This document shows positions 17,934 to 28,007 of a DNA stretch of 64,000 nucleotides, piece after piece (position 1 is the stretch's first letter; every line of letters begins with the position of its first letter). The notes under the pieces were generated by a model. That model was not told the DNA's origin and ran no database searches. It was given only the letters and a program-made list of their open reading frames with translations. Source of the stretch: a virus. Taxonomy: Duplodnaviria > Heunggongvirae > Uroviricota > Caudoviricetes. Where the stretch lies: positions 40,465 through 104,464 of the IMG/VR virus record IMGVR_UViG_3300028413_000003. One strand, 5' to 3'. Position numbers and translations under genes: made by a program.

Positions 17934-18192
17934 AGTCACCATTGACTATGAAGATTCTAATATGTTAGGTCAAATGTTTCAAGATTCTATTGTTCATTGT
18001 CATCTGGCAAAGATGAACATGATGTGTGAAAACAGCCGCGCAGGCGACACCTCTCCTGATGCGGTTGCTAGACTTGATAGTATGATGAACTTCTATGATG
18101 AAAAGATTGCAGCATATGAAAAAATGCGTGATTCACTAACATGGAAATCCAAACGTAAAGAAGCGGCTGCATATAAGGCCTCTTCTTTATGA
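17926..18192 (+). CDS. hypothetical protein (start taken at ATG 17926 rather than track 17806)
   Basis: Track ORF overlaps cca end; in-frame ATG at 17926 gives an 88-aa product. Confidence 0.35.
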   Translation: MTKVTIDYEDSNMLGQMFQDSIVHCHLAKMNMMCENSRAGDTSPDAVARLDSMMNFYDEKIAAYEKMRDSLTWKSKRKEAAAYKASSL

Positions 18193-18776
18193 CCTCCATG
18201 AAAGGCGAACTAGTTGTTTGGAGTTTGATGAGCAGAAAAAACGGCGGGTTTATAAAGGCACACCCTGTGGTTAATTTAAAACAAGTATCTAAAACTGTTT
18301 TTTCATGCAACATCCTGCAAAACGTTGGCGGCAAATATCGAACTAAAAAGAATTACGAATTCTTTGCTGAACAGTGTTTGAGCGCAAGACAGCACACATT
18401 TGATATTCTTCGAGAAGATGAACCTTATAATTATGTACGCGGAAATCCTGTAAAGGTTTATGCAAGACAGATATGGGGCAGCAAGTTAGAAGATCCTATT
18501 AATGGATTGGTATACCAGAATCAACTAAGCGGCAGCAGTGTAATTGTTAGCGTAAATCCATTATTGGTACCAAACCGGCCACTCAACGAACTCGGCGGCA
18601 CCACAATTGAAGTATATTCTCAGCAAATAAGACTGTTTGAACACAATGAATATCATCCAACTATGGGCGCACCGGAAACATCATACTCACAATCTAGTGG
18701 ATTTAAACTAGCAAAGATATACAGAGACAAGAAATCTAAATTTTCTTTAAGAAAAGTAGTTAATCAGTTTATCTGA
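18189..18776 (+). CDS. hypothetical protein
   Basis: 195-aa ORF, ATGA overlap with upstream. Confidence 0.5.
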   Translation: MTSMKGELVVWSLMSRKNGGFIKAHPVVNLKQVSKTVFSCNILQNVGGKYRTKKNYEFFAEQCLSARQHTFDILREDEPYNYVRGNPVKVYARQIWGSKLEDPINGLVYQNQLSGSSVIVSVNPLLVPNRPLNELGGTTIEVYSQQIRLFEHNEYHPTMGAPETSYSQSSGFKLAKIYRDKKSKFSLRKVVNQFI

Positions 18777-19313
18777 TTTAGGCACACCAGGCATACTAGG
18801 CTAACCAAGGCTATATACAAACGCATGTTACCACAGCCCGTGGTCACCTTGAGCTTTGTCATTTCAGTATGGCGGGCGGATCTGGTGTCGTTTCCTTGCT
18901 GGCTCGAAGCCAGTTCTGTATGTCTGTAATCGTATCTCCTGACAAGAGAAAATGAGTAGGTAATCCTGACAATTGGAATCCTACAGATCGCAAAACAGTT
19001 GTTCATATTACTGTTTTGCAAGTCCGCGTTAATAAGCACAAAGTAAAAAGGTACCGCATAACCGCCTTTCCCTAACGATATTAGGTTTTTGAATATGAAG
19101 TGTTGAAAGAAACTCAGATAGAGTCCTTTTTTTTTATACTTAGCCTGTAAGAAGGCTAAGTGTGGATCCTAAATCTAGATAGAATCTTAGAAGAAGATAA
19201 CTGTTAAGGATTGAATGTAATGAAAGACTTAACTGATTAACGTAGTTAATCAAACAGCATTAAAGTAATCATAAAGTATAATACATTTAAGGACAGCTAC
19301 GACTTATAAGAAC

Positions 19314-19342
19314 TTGACATGTGCGTTAGTATTTGTTAGTGT
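19314..19342 (+). promoter_or_regulatory. sigma70-like promoter TTGACA-N17-TAGTGT
   Basis: -35 19314-19319, -10 19337-19342; RBS aggaga then ATG 19361. Confidence 0.55.
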
Positions 19343-19360
19343 ATATTATAGGAGAACTAG

Positions 19361-19732
19361 ATGACTACTAAAATTGCATTTGTAGACGTTAATTCCAACG
19401 AATACTATGTTGCTGAAAAAGACGTGTTCAAACAAGTATTCGATGCCGACATTGCAAAAGCAAAACTTTACATGCCTCGGACAGAGCTGGTACACTCGTT
19501 TGATTATGTTGCTCATTGGAGCAAAAGAACACTTAAGATAGTCGACGTTAAGGTGTTGCACCACTTAGTTAATGACAGTGATTATTTCATTAAACATCAA
19601 AAACAACAAAAACTGTTTGATAAGCTTGACACATTAGCAGCCGACGACATCGATAGTATGCCAGAAAGACAGTATCGTACCTGGAAGAAAATGAAACACT
19701 ACTACACAAGGACTGTAACAAATGGGAATTAA
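19361..19732 (+). CDS. hypothetical protein
   Basis: 123-aa ORF with RBS. Confidence 0.5.
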   Translation: MTTKIAFVDVNSNEYYVAEKDVFKQVFDADIAKAKLYMPRTELVHSFDYVAHWSKRTLKIVDVKVLHHLVNDSDYFIKHQKQQKLFDKLDTLAADDIDSMPERQYRTWKKMKHYYTRTVTNGN

Positions 19733-20099
19733 TATAAACGTATATTCGTATTGGGGAGTGCGCACCAAGTGGAATAAAGAATTCAGTGATGCAGCCGAAG
19801 ACGTTTATGAATACAACGTCAAAAAATATGGCTATAAAAACCGTCCAGCAGACTCTGATTGCGATTACCTGTCAGATGGTATGAGTTGCAACTACATGGT
19901 GTTCGGACAACAGCTTTACGACAGTGGCGATAGTCGCTGGGGAGAGATGTGTCATTCAAACGAAGTTGAACTTACACAAGAGATACTTGACGGAATGGAA
20001 GCAGAATATATGCAACGGTTCAAATTGATATACCCAAATCGATTCTTATGGCTTGCTGAGAAACCCTGGAAACTAGTGAACCTTGTTCACTATAGTTAG
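19722..20099 (+). CDS. hypothetical protein
   Basis: 125-aa ORF. Confidence 0.45.
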   Translation: MGININVYSYWGVRTKWNKEFSDAAEDVYEYNVKKYGYKNRPADSDCDYLSDGMSCNYMVFGQQLYDSGDSRWGEMCHSNEVELTQEILDGMEAEYMQRFKLIYPNRFLWLAEKPWKLVNLVHYS

Positions 20100-20379
20100 G
20101 AAAGTTTTAATGAAATTTCTTTTTGTGCCATTTGGTATTGTGTGCTTGATCACCGGCTATATGCTAGCAGTGTACTATGATGGTCCACTTGCAAGGCAAC
20201 ACCTTATTGGATTCATGTGCGATGCTTACGGCCACGACGCAATTGTAATGAACGACGGATCGCCACATTGTGCAAACATTGAGTTGATCAAGCATAACAG
20301 CGAATTTGTCCAGGAATTTATTGATAACTTGCAAGCTGGAATTGACAGGAATAGCATTGACCAATGGGACGACGAATAA
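20083..20379 (+). CDS. hypothetical membrane protein
   Basis: 98 aa; N-terminal TM FLFVPFGIVCLITGYMLAV. Confidence 0.45.
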   Translation: MFTIVRKVLMKFLFVPFGIVCLITGYMLAVYYDGPLARQHLIGFMCDAYGHDAIVMNDGSPHCANIELIKHNSEFVQEFIDNLQAGIDRNSIDQWDDE

Positions 20380-20407
20380 ATAACGGCCGCGCACAAGGAT
20401 CACAAAT

Positions 20408-20818
20408 ATGAACCCGGTAAAATACATCAAATATAAATTACTTGAGTGGAAGTGGGAAAACATACTTTCCAAGAGCGGGCACCCTTCTTGGGAGTACTAC
20501 TTGTGTATCAATGATCCTGGTTTACATTTTAGTACACGTGATGACATGTTAACGCCCGCTCAAGCCATGCCCGGCTATCCATATAGAGTACAGATACTTG
20601 CCAAGGATGTTCCAATGGAATGTCAAGGAATGTGGGGAGTTGGACGAAGTTCTGCTAAGTATACAAATTGGTGTAGTAGAAATTGCAAAGGACAGTTCCA
20701 GGAACGCTGGCTGCATCACACAGTTGATCACCAATCACAATATGTAGACAACATGGATTTGATAATGGGGTTTAAAAATGAAAGAGACTTTATTATGTTT
20801 AGTTTGAGTTGTGTGTAA
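20408..20818 (+). CDS. hypothetical Trp/Cys-rich protein
   Basis: 136-aa ORF. Confidence 0.45.
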   Translation: MNPVKYIKYKLLEWKWENILSKSGHPSWEYYLCINDPGLHFSTRDDMLTPAQAMPGYPYRVQILAKDVPMECQGMWGVGRSSAKYTNWCSRNCKGQFQERWLHHTVDHQSQYVDNMDLIMGFKNERDFIMFSLSCV

Positions 20819-21211
20819 ATGACAGATATCAAAGAATATTACAGAGTACTCCTTCCAGTGATCAGACGTGTTATGCATAGTGTTATTGCACATAATATAG
20901 TTGGTGTTCAGCCAATGACTGGCCCTATAGGTCAAATTTTTAATATGAAACACACGTATAAGGATTTAATAATGGAAAAGAAACACTATCAGCACTTTTT
21001 ACGTTTGCCCAACAGACGCAAACAGCAGAAAATTGCTGAAATTTCTAAAGTATACGATTATACCTGTATTCAATCTGATCCAACAAAAGTACGAGAGGCC
21101 AAGGCGTGGTGTAAGAAAAACCTTAAAGAAGGTTCGTGGGTTAACCTTCATAGTAGGTTTGTATTTGCATATGACAAAGATGCAACATGGTTTGCAATGG
21201 CGGCAATATAA
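20819..21211 (+). CDS. hypothetical protein
   Basis: 130-aa ORF. Confidence 0.45.
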   Translation: MTDIKEYYRVLLPVIRRVMHSVIAHNIVGVQPMTGPIGQIFNMKHTYKDLIMEKKHYQHFLRLPNRRKQQKIAEISKVYDYTCIQSDPTKVREAKAWCKKNLKEGSWVNLHSRFVFAYDKDATWFAMAAI

Positions 21212-21507
21212 TGTTCAGTGTTGAAATAAATAATTTAGTCCTTGAGTTTCACCGTGCCCACAATCATGTGCTCGATAAACTAGGAGGCAAAGATGCTGTT
21301 ATACAACGAAGAAATCACTGGGGAGCACTAGCAACTGGGTGGAGTACATATATCCATGCTGTACCAGCAGGCAAAATTAATCCACTTATAGCAAACCGAC
21401 CGCTGAAGCGACGAGGTGCGAGCGTCCTCAAGTCAGAGCAATGGACTCATTTGTGGTTCATGCAAGAAAAAGATTATACGCTCTTCTTGTTGAAGTGGTT
21501 GAACTAA
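21187..21507 (+). CDS. small paralog-family protein D
   Basis: C-terminal KDYTLFLLKWLN. Confidence 0.5.
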   Translation: MVCNGGNIMFSVEINNLVLEFHRAHNHVLDKLGGKDAVIQRRNHWGALATGWSTYIHAVPAGKINPLIANRPLKRRGASVLKSEQWTHLWFMQEKDYTLFLLKWLN

Positions 21508-21782
21508 TGATAGTAAAATACGGATATTGGCCCGAAAGCGAGCAACCACAGGAACAAGAAGAAGACGTATGGGTAATGGTTACCGAACCTGAACAACATT
21601 ATGTGCATATTTTTTACGAGGATGCAAGTGATGTAAATCTTATTAAAAAAGTATACGAAACGTGTGATAAACATCGCGAGATTTATATAGTTCGCCGCGG
21701 GCAAGGCTGTATTGTTTATTTCAGTACTGTTGGTTCGCTGAAATGGTTTGAATTTATGCATGGACTAAACGCATGGATGTGA
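21507..21782 (+). CDS. hypothetical protein (start at ATG 21507 overlapping upstream TAA as TAATG)
   Basis: In-frame ATG within track ORF 21441..21782. Confidence 0.4.
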   Translation: MIVKYGYWPESEQPQEQEEDVWVMVTEPEQHYVHIFYEDASDVNLIKKVYETCDKHREIYIVRRGQGCIVYFSTVGSLKWFEFMHGLNAWM

Positions 21783-22012
21783 CCACAAAAACTATAACAT
21801 TAGATCGCGGCAGTAAAATTGATAAAAAACTCTGGCAGATGTATGTGGATATTGACTACGGTAAATTAATGCCAAGCAAACTGTATAAAGGATATAAAAC
21901 GTACATTGCAGATATGTCCGGCGCAGACGTTACTGGCACTAAAAAAGATGGATTTGAACTTACATTTAACACGCAAAAATCATATACATGGTTTTTGTTG
22001 AAGTACAGTTAA
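21773..22012 (+). CDS. small paralog-family protein E
   Basis: C-terminal KSYTWFLLKYS. Confidence 0.5.
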   Translation: MDVTTKTITLDRGSKIDKKLWQMYVDIDYGKLMPSKLYKGYKTYIADMSGADVTGTKKDGFELTFNTQKSYTWFLLKYS

Positions 22013-22285
22013 ATGTCTATTAAAACTGAAACTATATTCCCTACTGAAATGCTAAACAAGGTGTATAGAAAGTGGTTAGTTGACAGCGGTAGCTCACTTT
22101 CTACAAGTAAATTTGCATCACGCCGAAGTTACAATTCGTACCGTTACGGGTTTAATGAGCAACTATTTGAAAATTGGCTATTTTTAAACGGATTTGATGT
22201 TATTCAAGAAAACAAACAACGATACTTGCGATTCTCTGGCGATCAACGCAGCCTTACACTATTTCTACTAAAGCACGTAGATTAA
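22013..22285 (+). CDS. small paralog-family protein F
   Basis: C-terminal RSLTLFLLKHVD. Confidence 0.5.
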   Translation: MSIKTETIFPTEMLNKVYRKWLVDSGSSLSTSKFASRRSYNSYRYGFNEQLFENWLFLNGFDVIQENKQRYLRFSGDQRSLTLFLLKHVD

Positions 22286-22290
22286 AAATG

Positions 22291-22319
22291 TTGACACCCT
22301 ATGAGGTCCGTGCTATAAT
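22291..22319 (+). promoter_or_regulatory. sigma70-like promoter TTGACA-N17-TATAAT (perfect -10)
   Basis: Lies just inside the 5' end of track ORF 22288..23109, so that gene probably starts at ATG 22354. Confidence 0.5.
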
Positions 22320-22353
22320 ACGTAATAGATCAAACATAATCACGGATAAAACA

Positions 22354-23109
22354 ATGCCAAGCCTTAAAGTTTACAAAGATGGACCAACTATGATACCAGT
22401 TGACTCTGCAAAAATTGCCAAAGCATACGTATGTCCTTGGACAAGTGATCTGTTTTCAACCAAGCGCGGATATGTTAATCATCTCGGCAAGTTGCGCAAA
22501 ACTCGTATGCACGCTCGGTCACGCAGAATCATCAAACAAAAAAGATTTGACGATTTAGCCAACCAACCTACTATGGACAAACTGATCAATTGGATTCACA
22601 TTAATCCAGAGTTTTTCTTTGACAACGCGCTTAGTTCTGCTTGGCAACAAGACAGGCAGCAGGACCGAGTAAACAAAATGCGTGCAGACTACTGGATTAA
22701 GATATTTAATCTTGACGTTAATTATTCTGAATCAGTTAGCAACAGTCATAGTTGCCCAAAGAATGGTGTAAGCAATTTCGGCGGTCGAGAATGCTTTCCT
22801 GACGGTAAACCTCGTCCAAGAGGCTATCCCGGATTTCGAGGAAAAATTATATTCCAACTAAGTCATAACCTTGGATGGGCAAGTGACGTCATGAAGAATA
22901 CTGGATTGCATATTGGTTCAGGAGGTGGCAGCGGTAATTTAATGTACCATTATGAATTTAATTTGTTCCTTGATGACTTTCCGGTAATCAAAGCAGCATT
23001 CGAAGAAGAAGAAATACAGTACAACAAAGGACACTTGTTGACAGTGATTAAAAATCAGAGCGTGCCAAGCTTTTCAAAAAAATATCAATACAATAATAAG
23101 GTATCCTAA
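22354..23109 (+). CDS. hypothetical protein
   Basis: Track ORF 22288..23109 trimmed to the first ATG downstream of the promoter. Confidence 0.45.
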   Translation: MPSLKVYKDGPTMIPVDSAKIAKAYVCPWTSDLFSTKRGYVNHLGKLRKTRMHARSRRIIKQKRFDDLANQPTMDKLINWIHINPEFFFDNALSSAWQQDRQQDRVNKMRADYWIKIFNLDVNYSESVSNSHSCPKNGVSNFGGRECFPDGKPRPRGYPGFRGKIIFQLSHNLGWASDVMKNTGLHIGSGGGSGNLMYHYEFNLFLDDFPVIKAAFEEEEIQYNKGHLLTVIKNQSVPSFSKKYQYNNKVS

Positions 23110-23111
23110 AA

Positions 23112-23777
23112 ATGAATGGATGGACAGAAAACTATATAGACAACCTGTGGGAAAGAGGTTGTCGTGATGAATCGATCAAGAGAAGAAATAAAAAAGGAGA
23201 TAACGTGAACAAACAATATTTACAAAAAAACGACCGAGTACGCCTTCTTAACGGATCAAACGCTCTGCGTGTTACTTTTTCCGATCAGTACCACGTAACT
23301 GCTCGTTACGAGACAAGCGGCGGATCGATTACCCGCCGACACCACGAGTTTGTAAGGCTCGACGATGAACACGCAATCGAAAGCAAAGGAAAAGATATTA
23401 TGAAAGACAAACTATTTCAAACTAAAGTAACTGGAGACAACGAAGCGCGATTCGGTGTGGGTCTTGCAGTAGACAGCAACGGCAAATACGTTCTAGAGAT
23501 GAAGGATGGCAGCGGAGTCCTTATCTTTGACAAGAAAGACATTGAAATTGTCATGCCGTACACATATTCTGTTAAGTTCAGCACTGGTCCACAAGAATAT
23601 CAGTATCGTGGAAAAGCCGGACTGGTCGAAGTAGGCGATTTATTGCTTGCAATGGACAGTCAGCATGCCAAGGGTGGTATCAGCATTGCACAAGTTGTAA
23701 AGATTGACACCAAAAGCGATCGTGCCAAAGCGCACTTCAAGGGTGTTAAGATCTCAACAGTTGCACTGGACCAATAA
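23112..23777 (+). CDS. hypothetical protein
   Basis: 221-aa ORF. Confidence 0.5.
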   Translation: MNGWTENYIDNLWERGCRDESIKRRNKKGDNVNKQYLQKNDRVRLLNGSNALRVTFSDQYHVTARYETSGGSITRRHHEFVRLDDEHAIESKGKDIMKDKLFQTKVTGDNEARFGVGLAVDSNGKYVLEMKDGSGVLIFDKKDIEIVMPYTYSVKFSTGPQEYQYRGKAGLVEVGDLLLAMDSQHAKGGISIAQVVKIDTKSDRAKAHFKGVKISTVALDQ

Positions 23778-24343
23778 TGAGAGACATTTGGGTCATAAGT
23801 GACACCCATTTTCGACACGCAAACATCTTAAAGTTTGGCGATAGAGTCACGGGCGGTTTAGTCCGTGGCGATCGCTTTGCATCTGTTGACGAGATGGACG
23901 AGCACATGATAACCCAATGGAACAGTGTTGTGAAAGCCGGCGATATTGTTTATCACCTTGGCGACGTTGTTATGGGTGACAAAGAATGGTTTAAAAAGAA
24001 CTGGCCTCGACTAAATGGCAGCAAGCGTCTTATTGTTGGCAACCATGACGACATTCCTTTTCTTTCAAGCGGAGGCTTTTTTCAAAAAGTCAGCATGTGG
24101 AGAATGTTTCCAGAACATGGATTGATGTTTACTCATGTTCCTATTCATGATAGTGGACTATTGAGATTAAAAGAAAGAAACGGAGTATGGCCGGATGATT
24201 GTGATTTACTTCTCAATGTACACGGCCATATTCACCAAAACGCCAGCCCAGAAGGCCCTTACAAGAATGTAAGTGTCGAGGCTATTAACTACACTCCGGT
24301 TCATATAGATGAACTGGCAACATTAGCAAAGGAAAGAAAGTAA
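23777..24343 (+). CDS. calcineurin-like metallophosphoesterase
   Basis: ISDTHF, GDVV, GNHD, VHGHIH motifs. Confidence 0.65.
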   Translation: MRDIWVISDTHFRHANILKFGDRVTGGLVRGDRFASVDEMDEHMITQWNSVVKAGDIVYHLGDVVMGDKEWFKKNWPRLNGSKRLIVGNHDDIPFLSSGGFFQKVSMWRMFPEHGLMFTHVPIHDSGLLRLKERNGVWPDDCDLLLNVHGHIHQNASPEGPYKNVSVEAINYTPVHIDELATLAKERK

Positions 24344-24344
24344 T

Positions 24345-24917
24345 ATGTTTGAATCAATAGCACTAGTAGGAGGATTTTGGTTCTTCTTAATTGCAATTGC
24401 AGTACTTGCAGGCGGAATAATCTCAGCCGAATGTGACAACTTGTGGGGCGCAGGACTAACACTGGCCTTGTTAGCAGGAACCAGCGAGCTGTTGTTTAAT
24501 ATTCCAATATTAGCTTCGATTGCAGCAAATCCTCTGTTGGTCGTAGTTGGACTTGCAGCATACACCGTGGTTGCTCTACTGTATGCAGTATTTTATAGAT
24601 ACGCTGCGTTTCTTCGCAGTAACTATTATGAAATTGCAGATGAATGGTCAAAATTTCAAAAAAAGGATGTAACAGGCACTCGAGCAGATTTTCGTCAAAG
24701 TGAGCATTACCGTCCCTACACGCCGCTATACAATGTTGACCGGATCAGCACATGGGCGTTGTTATGGCCTTGGGCAGTATTTTGGGACCTGTGTCACAAG
24801 CCTGCGCGTTGGTTCTACAATACAATGTATTCACTAGCTGGACGCATGCTCGATGCAGTTGGTGCAAGGGTGTCAGACAGCATCATTGACACGGAACTGA
24901 AAAAGCAAAAGAAATAA
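24345..24917 (+). CDS. hypothetical membrane protein
   Basis: 190 aa with several hydrophobic helices. Confidence 0.5.
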   Translation: MFESIALVGGFWFFLIAIAVLAGGIISAECDNLWGAGLTLALLAGTSELLFNIPILASIAANPLLVVVGLAAYTVVALLYAVFYRYAAFLRSNYYEIADEWSKFQKKDVTGTRADFRQSEHYRPYTPLYNVDRISTWALLWPWAVFWDLCHKPARWFYNTMYSLAGRMLDAVGARVSDSIIDTELKKQKK

Positions 24918-24987
24918 CAGATCCTATTTTTTGGGAAGGTAAGAAATCTAACAATGGATTACCTTCCCAGAAAGAAAGTCCGATACA

Positions 24988-25503
24988 ATGAACTTTGAAT
25001 TTCTTAAATTCTGGAAAAATACCCCATCATTGTCACCGAGTGTCACAATTGGCAAAAACTTCACACTTGGTCCATGGACTAGAATCAGCAGTTGGTCAAA
25101 AATTGGCAACAATGTAGACATAGGCTTGTGGACTAAAATTGGAAGAAACACTGTTGTTGGTAACAATGTGCATCTTGGAAATTGGGTACATTTAGGCGAC
25201 AATGTAATTATAGGCGATGGCAGCTTTTTGCCCGGGCATGTAAGAGTGCAAGATAATTCTATAGTTCTAGCACAAACAATCTTTAATGGACACGAGTTAG
25301 TAACACCAACTAGCGTTATTTTAAACCGTTGTAGTGGCAACGTGGCAGGAAGAGGGGAATACAGTAATGGTGATCCTAATGTTTCAGTATCGTGTATTTC
25401 TGGGAAATATCTTATCCCAGGATATATAGAAGATGCAAATCAAATGCTGGAAGACTTTATGGATGGCAAATGCTATCGTATTGTAAAATATAAAATAGGA
25501 TGA
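24988..25503 (+). CDS. hexapeptide-repeat (left-handed beta-helix) protein
   Basis: Tandem [LIV]G-x-x-x-x hexads: IGNNVDIGLWTKIGRNTVVGNNVHLGNWVHLGDNVIIGDGS. Confidence 0.5.
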   Translation: MNFEFLKFWKNTPSLSPSVTIGKNFTLGPWTRISSWSKIGNNVDIGLWTKIGRNTVVGNNVHLGNWVHLGDNVIIGDGSFLPGHVRVQDNSIVLAQTIFNGHELVTPTSVILNRCSGNVAGRGEYSNGDPNVSVSCISGKYLIPGYIEDANQMLEDFMDGKCYRIVKYKIG

Positions 25504-25507
25504 AAAA

Positions 25508-26107
25508 ATGTGGAGTAAATTAATTGGCGATACCTTATACAGCCTCACAAGTATAGAAGTTATAGCCAAAGATCGGTATGACGGTAATAACCTTGCCTAT
25601 CATAATTGGCGCCATATTTTAAGTTGTTATGATTATTTAGAGATCAACAACGTTCCCTACGATGAGGATCTCGACTGGGCAGTGATGCACCATGACATTG
25701 TATACGACGAACTAGATTGCAAAGAACTGCGCAGCGCACAATGGGTTGAAAAAATGTACCCAAAACGCACAGGTGTGTTTGATATTATAATAGCAACAGC
25801 AGATCACAATATCACAGGCCGAAGTTGGCAATGTGTAGAAATGATCAAAGCCGACTTGCATCAACTCGCAACACCTGCACTTGTACTTGCAAACTATGTT
25901 AAGATGCTAGATGAGAGCACAAAGTTGTACAAAATACCCGATAAGGTGTTTGCAGCAGCCAATCTAGATTATATGTTAAAGCTGCGAGATACCATTTATA
26001 ACAATGTTAAAATTAAAGATCTTGATCCGTTTTGGAATAACGTTTTAGACGGCATTGATTTTACAATACATATCTCTGAGGGTTTTAAAAAGGCTTTGCA
26101 TTACTAA
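25508..26107 (+). CDS. hypothetical protein, possible HD-type phosphohydrolase
   Basis: HNWRH ... MHHDIVYDE spacing resembles an HD motif; tentative. Confidence 0.35.
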   Translation: MWSKLIGDTLYSLTSIEVIAKDRYDGNNLAYHNWRHILSCYDYLEINNVPYDEDLDWAVMHHDIVYDELDCKELRSAQWVEKMYPKRTGVFDIIIATADHNITGRSWQCVEMIKADLHQLATPALVLANYVKMLDESTKLYKIPDKVFAAANLDYMLKLRDTIYNNVKIKDLDPFWNNVLDGIDFTIHISEGFKKALHY

Positions 26108-26150
26108 GCAAAGTCTGTTACTGAATCAGAGTACATCGTGTAATCAGCAC

Positions 26151-26179
26151 TTGACAAGTATTGCAACATGTAGTATAAA
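26151..26179 (+). promoter_or_regulatory. sigma70-like promoter TTGACA-N17-TATAAA (overlaps a TATAAATA late-promoter-like box)
   Basis: -35 26151-26156, -10 26174-26179; upstream of pnuC. Confidence 0.55.
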
Positions 26180-26231
26180 TAACATGTAGACACAAAGAGT
26201 GCTACGTTAACTGCTAAAGGAGTTTTAGCAA

Positions 26232-26855
26232 ATGGATACGATTATTAACTACTTCTCTGGCCCACTAGGTCAGATTGAATTACTAGCCACGGTGCTATTA
26301 ATCGCTAACGTATACTTGTTAGCAAAACAAAAACTCATCAATTATTGGTTTGGATTGGCAGGTGTCCTTGTTATGGGATACGTGTTTATGGAAGTCCAAC
26401 TGTACTCCGACATGCTGTTGCAATGGGCGTTTTATGCGCCGCTGCAAATTGTTGGCTTTGTGATGTGGAAATATGGCAAAACACTAGGCGAAGTTGCCAG
26501 TGACACTCTTGACAGTATGAAGATTGTGACAATTGCAAATACTACAAGAATTTTAATTGCCATTGGCATCTTATTTGGAGCGGTGCTGGTAGGCTTTATA
26601 ATGTCCACCTTTACAGATGCAGCCGTTCCGTATGTTGATGCATTAACCACAACCATGTCAATTGCTGCATCGATCTTGCTGTTGAAAAAGGTTTGGGAAA
26701 ACTGGATCATCTGGATTGCAATGGACTTGATTGCTATTCCGCTTTACTATAGCAGAGAGCTGTATGTAATATCTGGACTGTACGTTGTGTTCCTTGGACT
26801 GGCCACATACGGCGCAGTTACTTGGTACAACGCAATGAAGACACAGGAAGCCTGA
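26232..26855 (+). CDS. pnuC: nicotinamide riboside / NMN transporter PnuC-like
   Basis: 207-aa polytopic membrane protein; followed by nadR-like gene with 2-nt gap. Confidence 0.6.
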   Translation: MDTIINYFSGPLGQIELLATVLLIANVYLLAKQKLINYWFGLAGVLVMGYVFMEVQLYSDMLLQWAFYAPLQIVGFVMWKYGKTLGEVASDTLDSMKIVTIANTTRILIAIGILFGAVLVGFIMSTFTDAAVPYVDALTTTMSIAASILLLKKVWENWIIWIAMDLIAIPLYYSRELYVISGLYVVFLGLATYGAVTWYNAMKTQEA

Positions 26856-26856
26856 T

Positions 26857-27864
26857 ATGACAATCGGCGGTACAATAGGCAAGTTTACAAACTTACACCT
26901 GGGTCATTTGAACATGTTTATCACTGCATTATCTGTAGTAGATCAACTATATATTATGGTCTCTGGAAATGAAACTGATGTTGTTCCGCTGTCCACACGT
27001 TACAAGTGGTTATGCGAACTATTTGCTGATAACCAAAATGTACACATTATCAAACACATAGACAACATCCCGTCGAGCGAAGTAGACGAAAATGGCACAA
27101 TCATAGACCCAACAGTTTGGGACAAATGGAAGGCGGAGTTTGAACTGCACCTCCCCAAGCTTGATTACTTTGTAAGTTCGGATATGTATGGCAAGAAAGC
27201 TGCAGAGGTGCTCGGTTGCCGATGGTTACCAATTGACCCGCATCGTGAAATGCACCCTATTAGCAGCACAGCAATTAGAGAGGCGCTGTTAGAAAATTGG
27301 AGTTTTATGTCAGCACCTGCAAAGCGTAGTTTTCACAAGAGAGTAGCAGTAGTTGGACCGGAATCAACAGGCAAGTCTATATTAGTTGAAAGTTTTCGCT
27401 TGCGCAACATCGGAACTCCTATTCAAGAATACGGCCGCATGATAACTGAAGTAAAAGAAGAAGTTAACGAAAAAGACTTCGAAGCTATTGTCAAAATCCA
27501 AGACAACTGGGTTAATGAATATGCGTACAAGGCAGAAATGCCAGTTACAGTAACTGACACAGAAGCGTTCACTACTTACTTGTTTTCGCACTTGTACCTG
27601 GACAAGCCGTTGGAAATGGCACTGGAGTACGCAAAGAAGCAACACTTTGATTTGTATATTGTTCTGGCGCCTACTGTTAAGTGGGTACAGGACGGAACCA
27701 GAATTGTCGAAAAACAAAAACAACGTGAATGGTTCTTTGAAGAGATGTTGAAATTTTTAGTTGACAACAACCGCAACTATATTGTAATCAGTGACACCGA
27801 CTTTGTCACACGCACCGAACAGGCGCACGCCTCAGTTCTCAAACTAATTAACAGGGGTATATGA
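26857..27864 (+). CDS. nadR: NadR-like bifunctional NMN adenylyltransferase / ribosylnicotinamide kinase (no HTH domain)
   Basis: GKFTNLHLGH nucleotidyltransferase motif, then Walker A VVGPESTGKS. Confidence 0.7.
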   Translation: MTIGGTIGKFTNLHLGHLNMFITALSVVDQLYIMVSGNETDVVPLSTRYKWLCELFADNQNVHIIKHIDNIPSSEVDENGTIIDPTVWDKWKAEFELHLPKLDYFVSSDMYGKKAAEVLGCRWLPIDPHREMHPISSTAIREALLENWSFMSAPAKRSFHKRVAVVGPESTGKSILVESFRLRNIGTPIQEYGRMITEVKEEVNEKDFEAIVKIQDNWVNEYAYKAEMPVTVTDTEAFTTYLFSHLYLDKPLEMALEYAKKQHFDLYIVLAPTVKWVQDGTRIVEKQKQREWFFEEMLKFLVDNNRNYIVISDTDFVTRTEQAHASVLKLINRGI

Positions 27865-27928
27865 TGTTTACACAGAAAGAAAATGGAAGTTGGATGTGGG
27901 CAAAATAACATATCTTGCCACCTAATAC

Positions 27929-27957
27929 TTGACACACGCTTGTTGCGAGTGTATACT
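27929..27957 (+). promoter_or_regulatory. sigma70-like promoter TTGACA-N17-TATACT
   Basis: -35 27929-27934, -10 27952-27957; upstream of natV. Confidence 0.55.
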
Positions 27958-28007
27958 AAAAGCAAGACATAGAGTTTTGCCTAAACACGCTAAAGGAGTT
28001 TTAGCAA

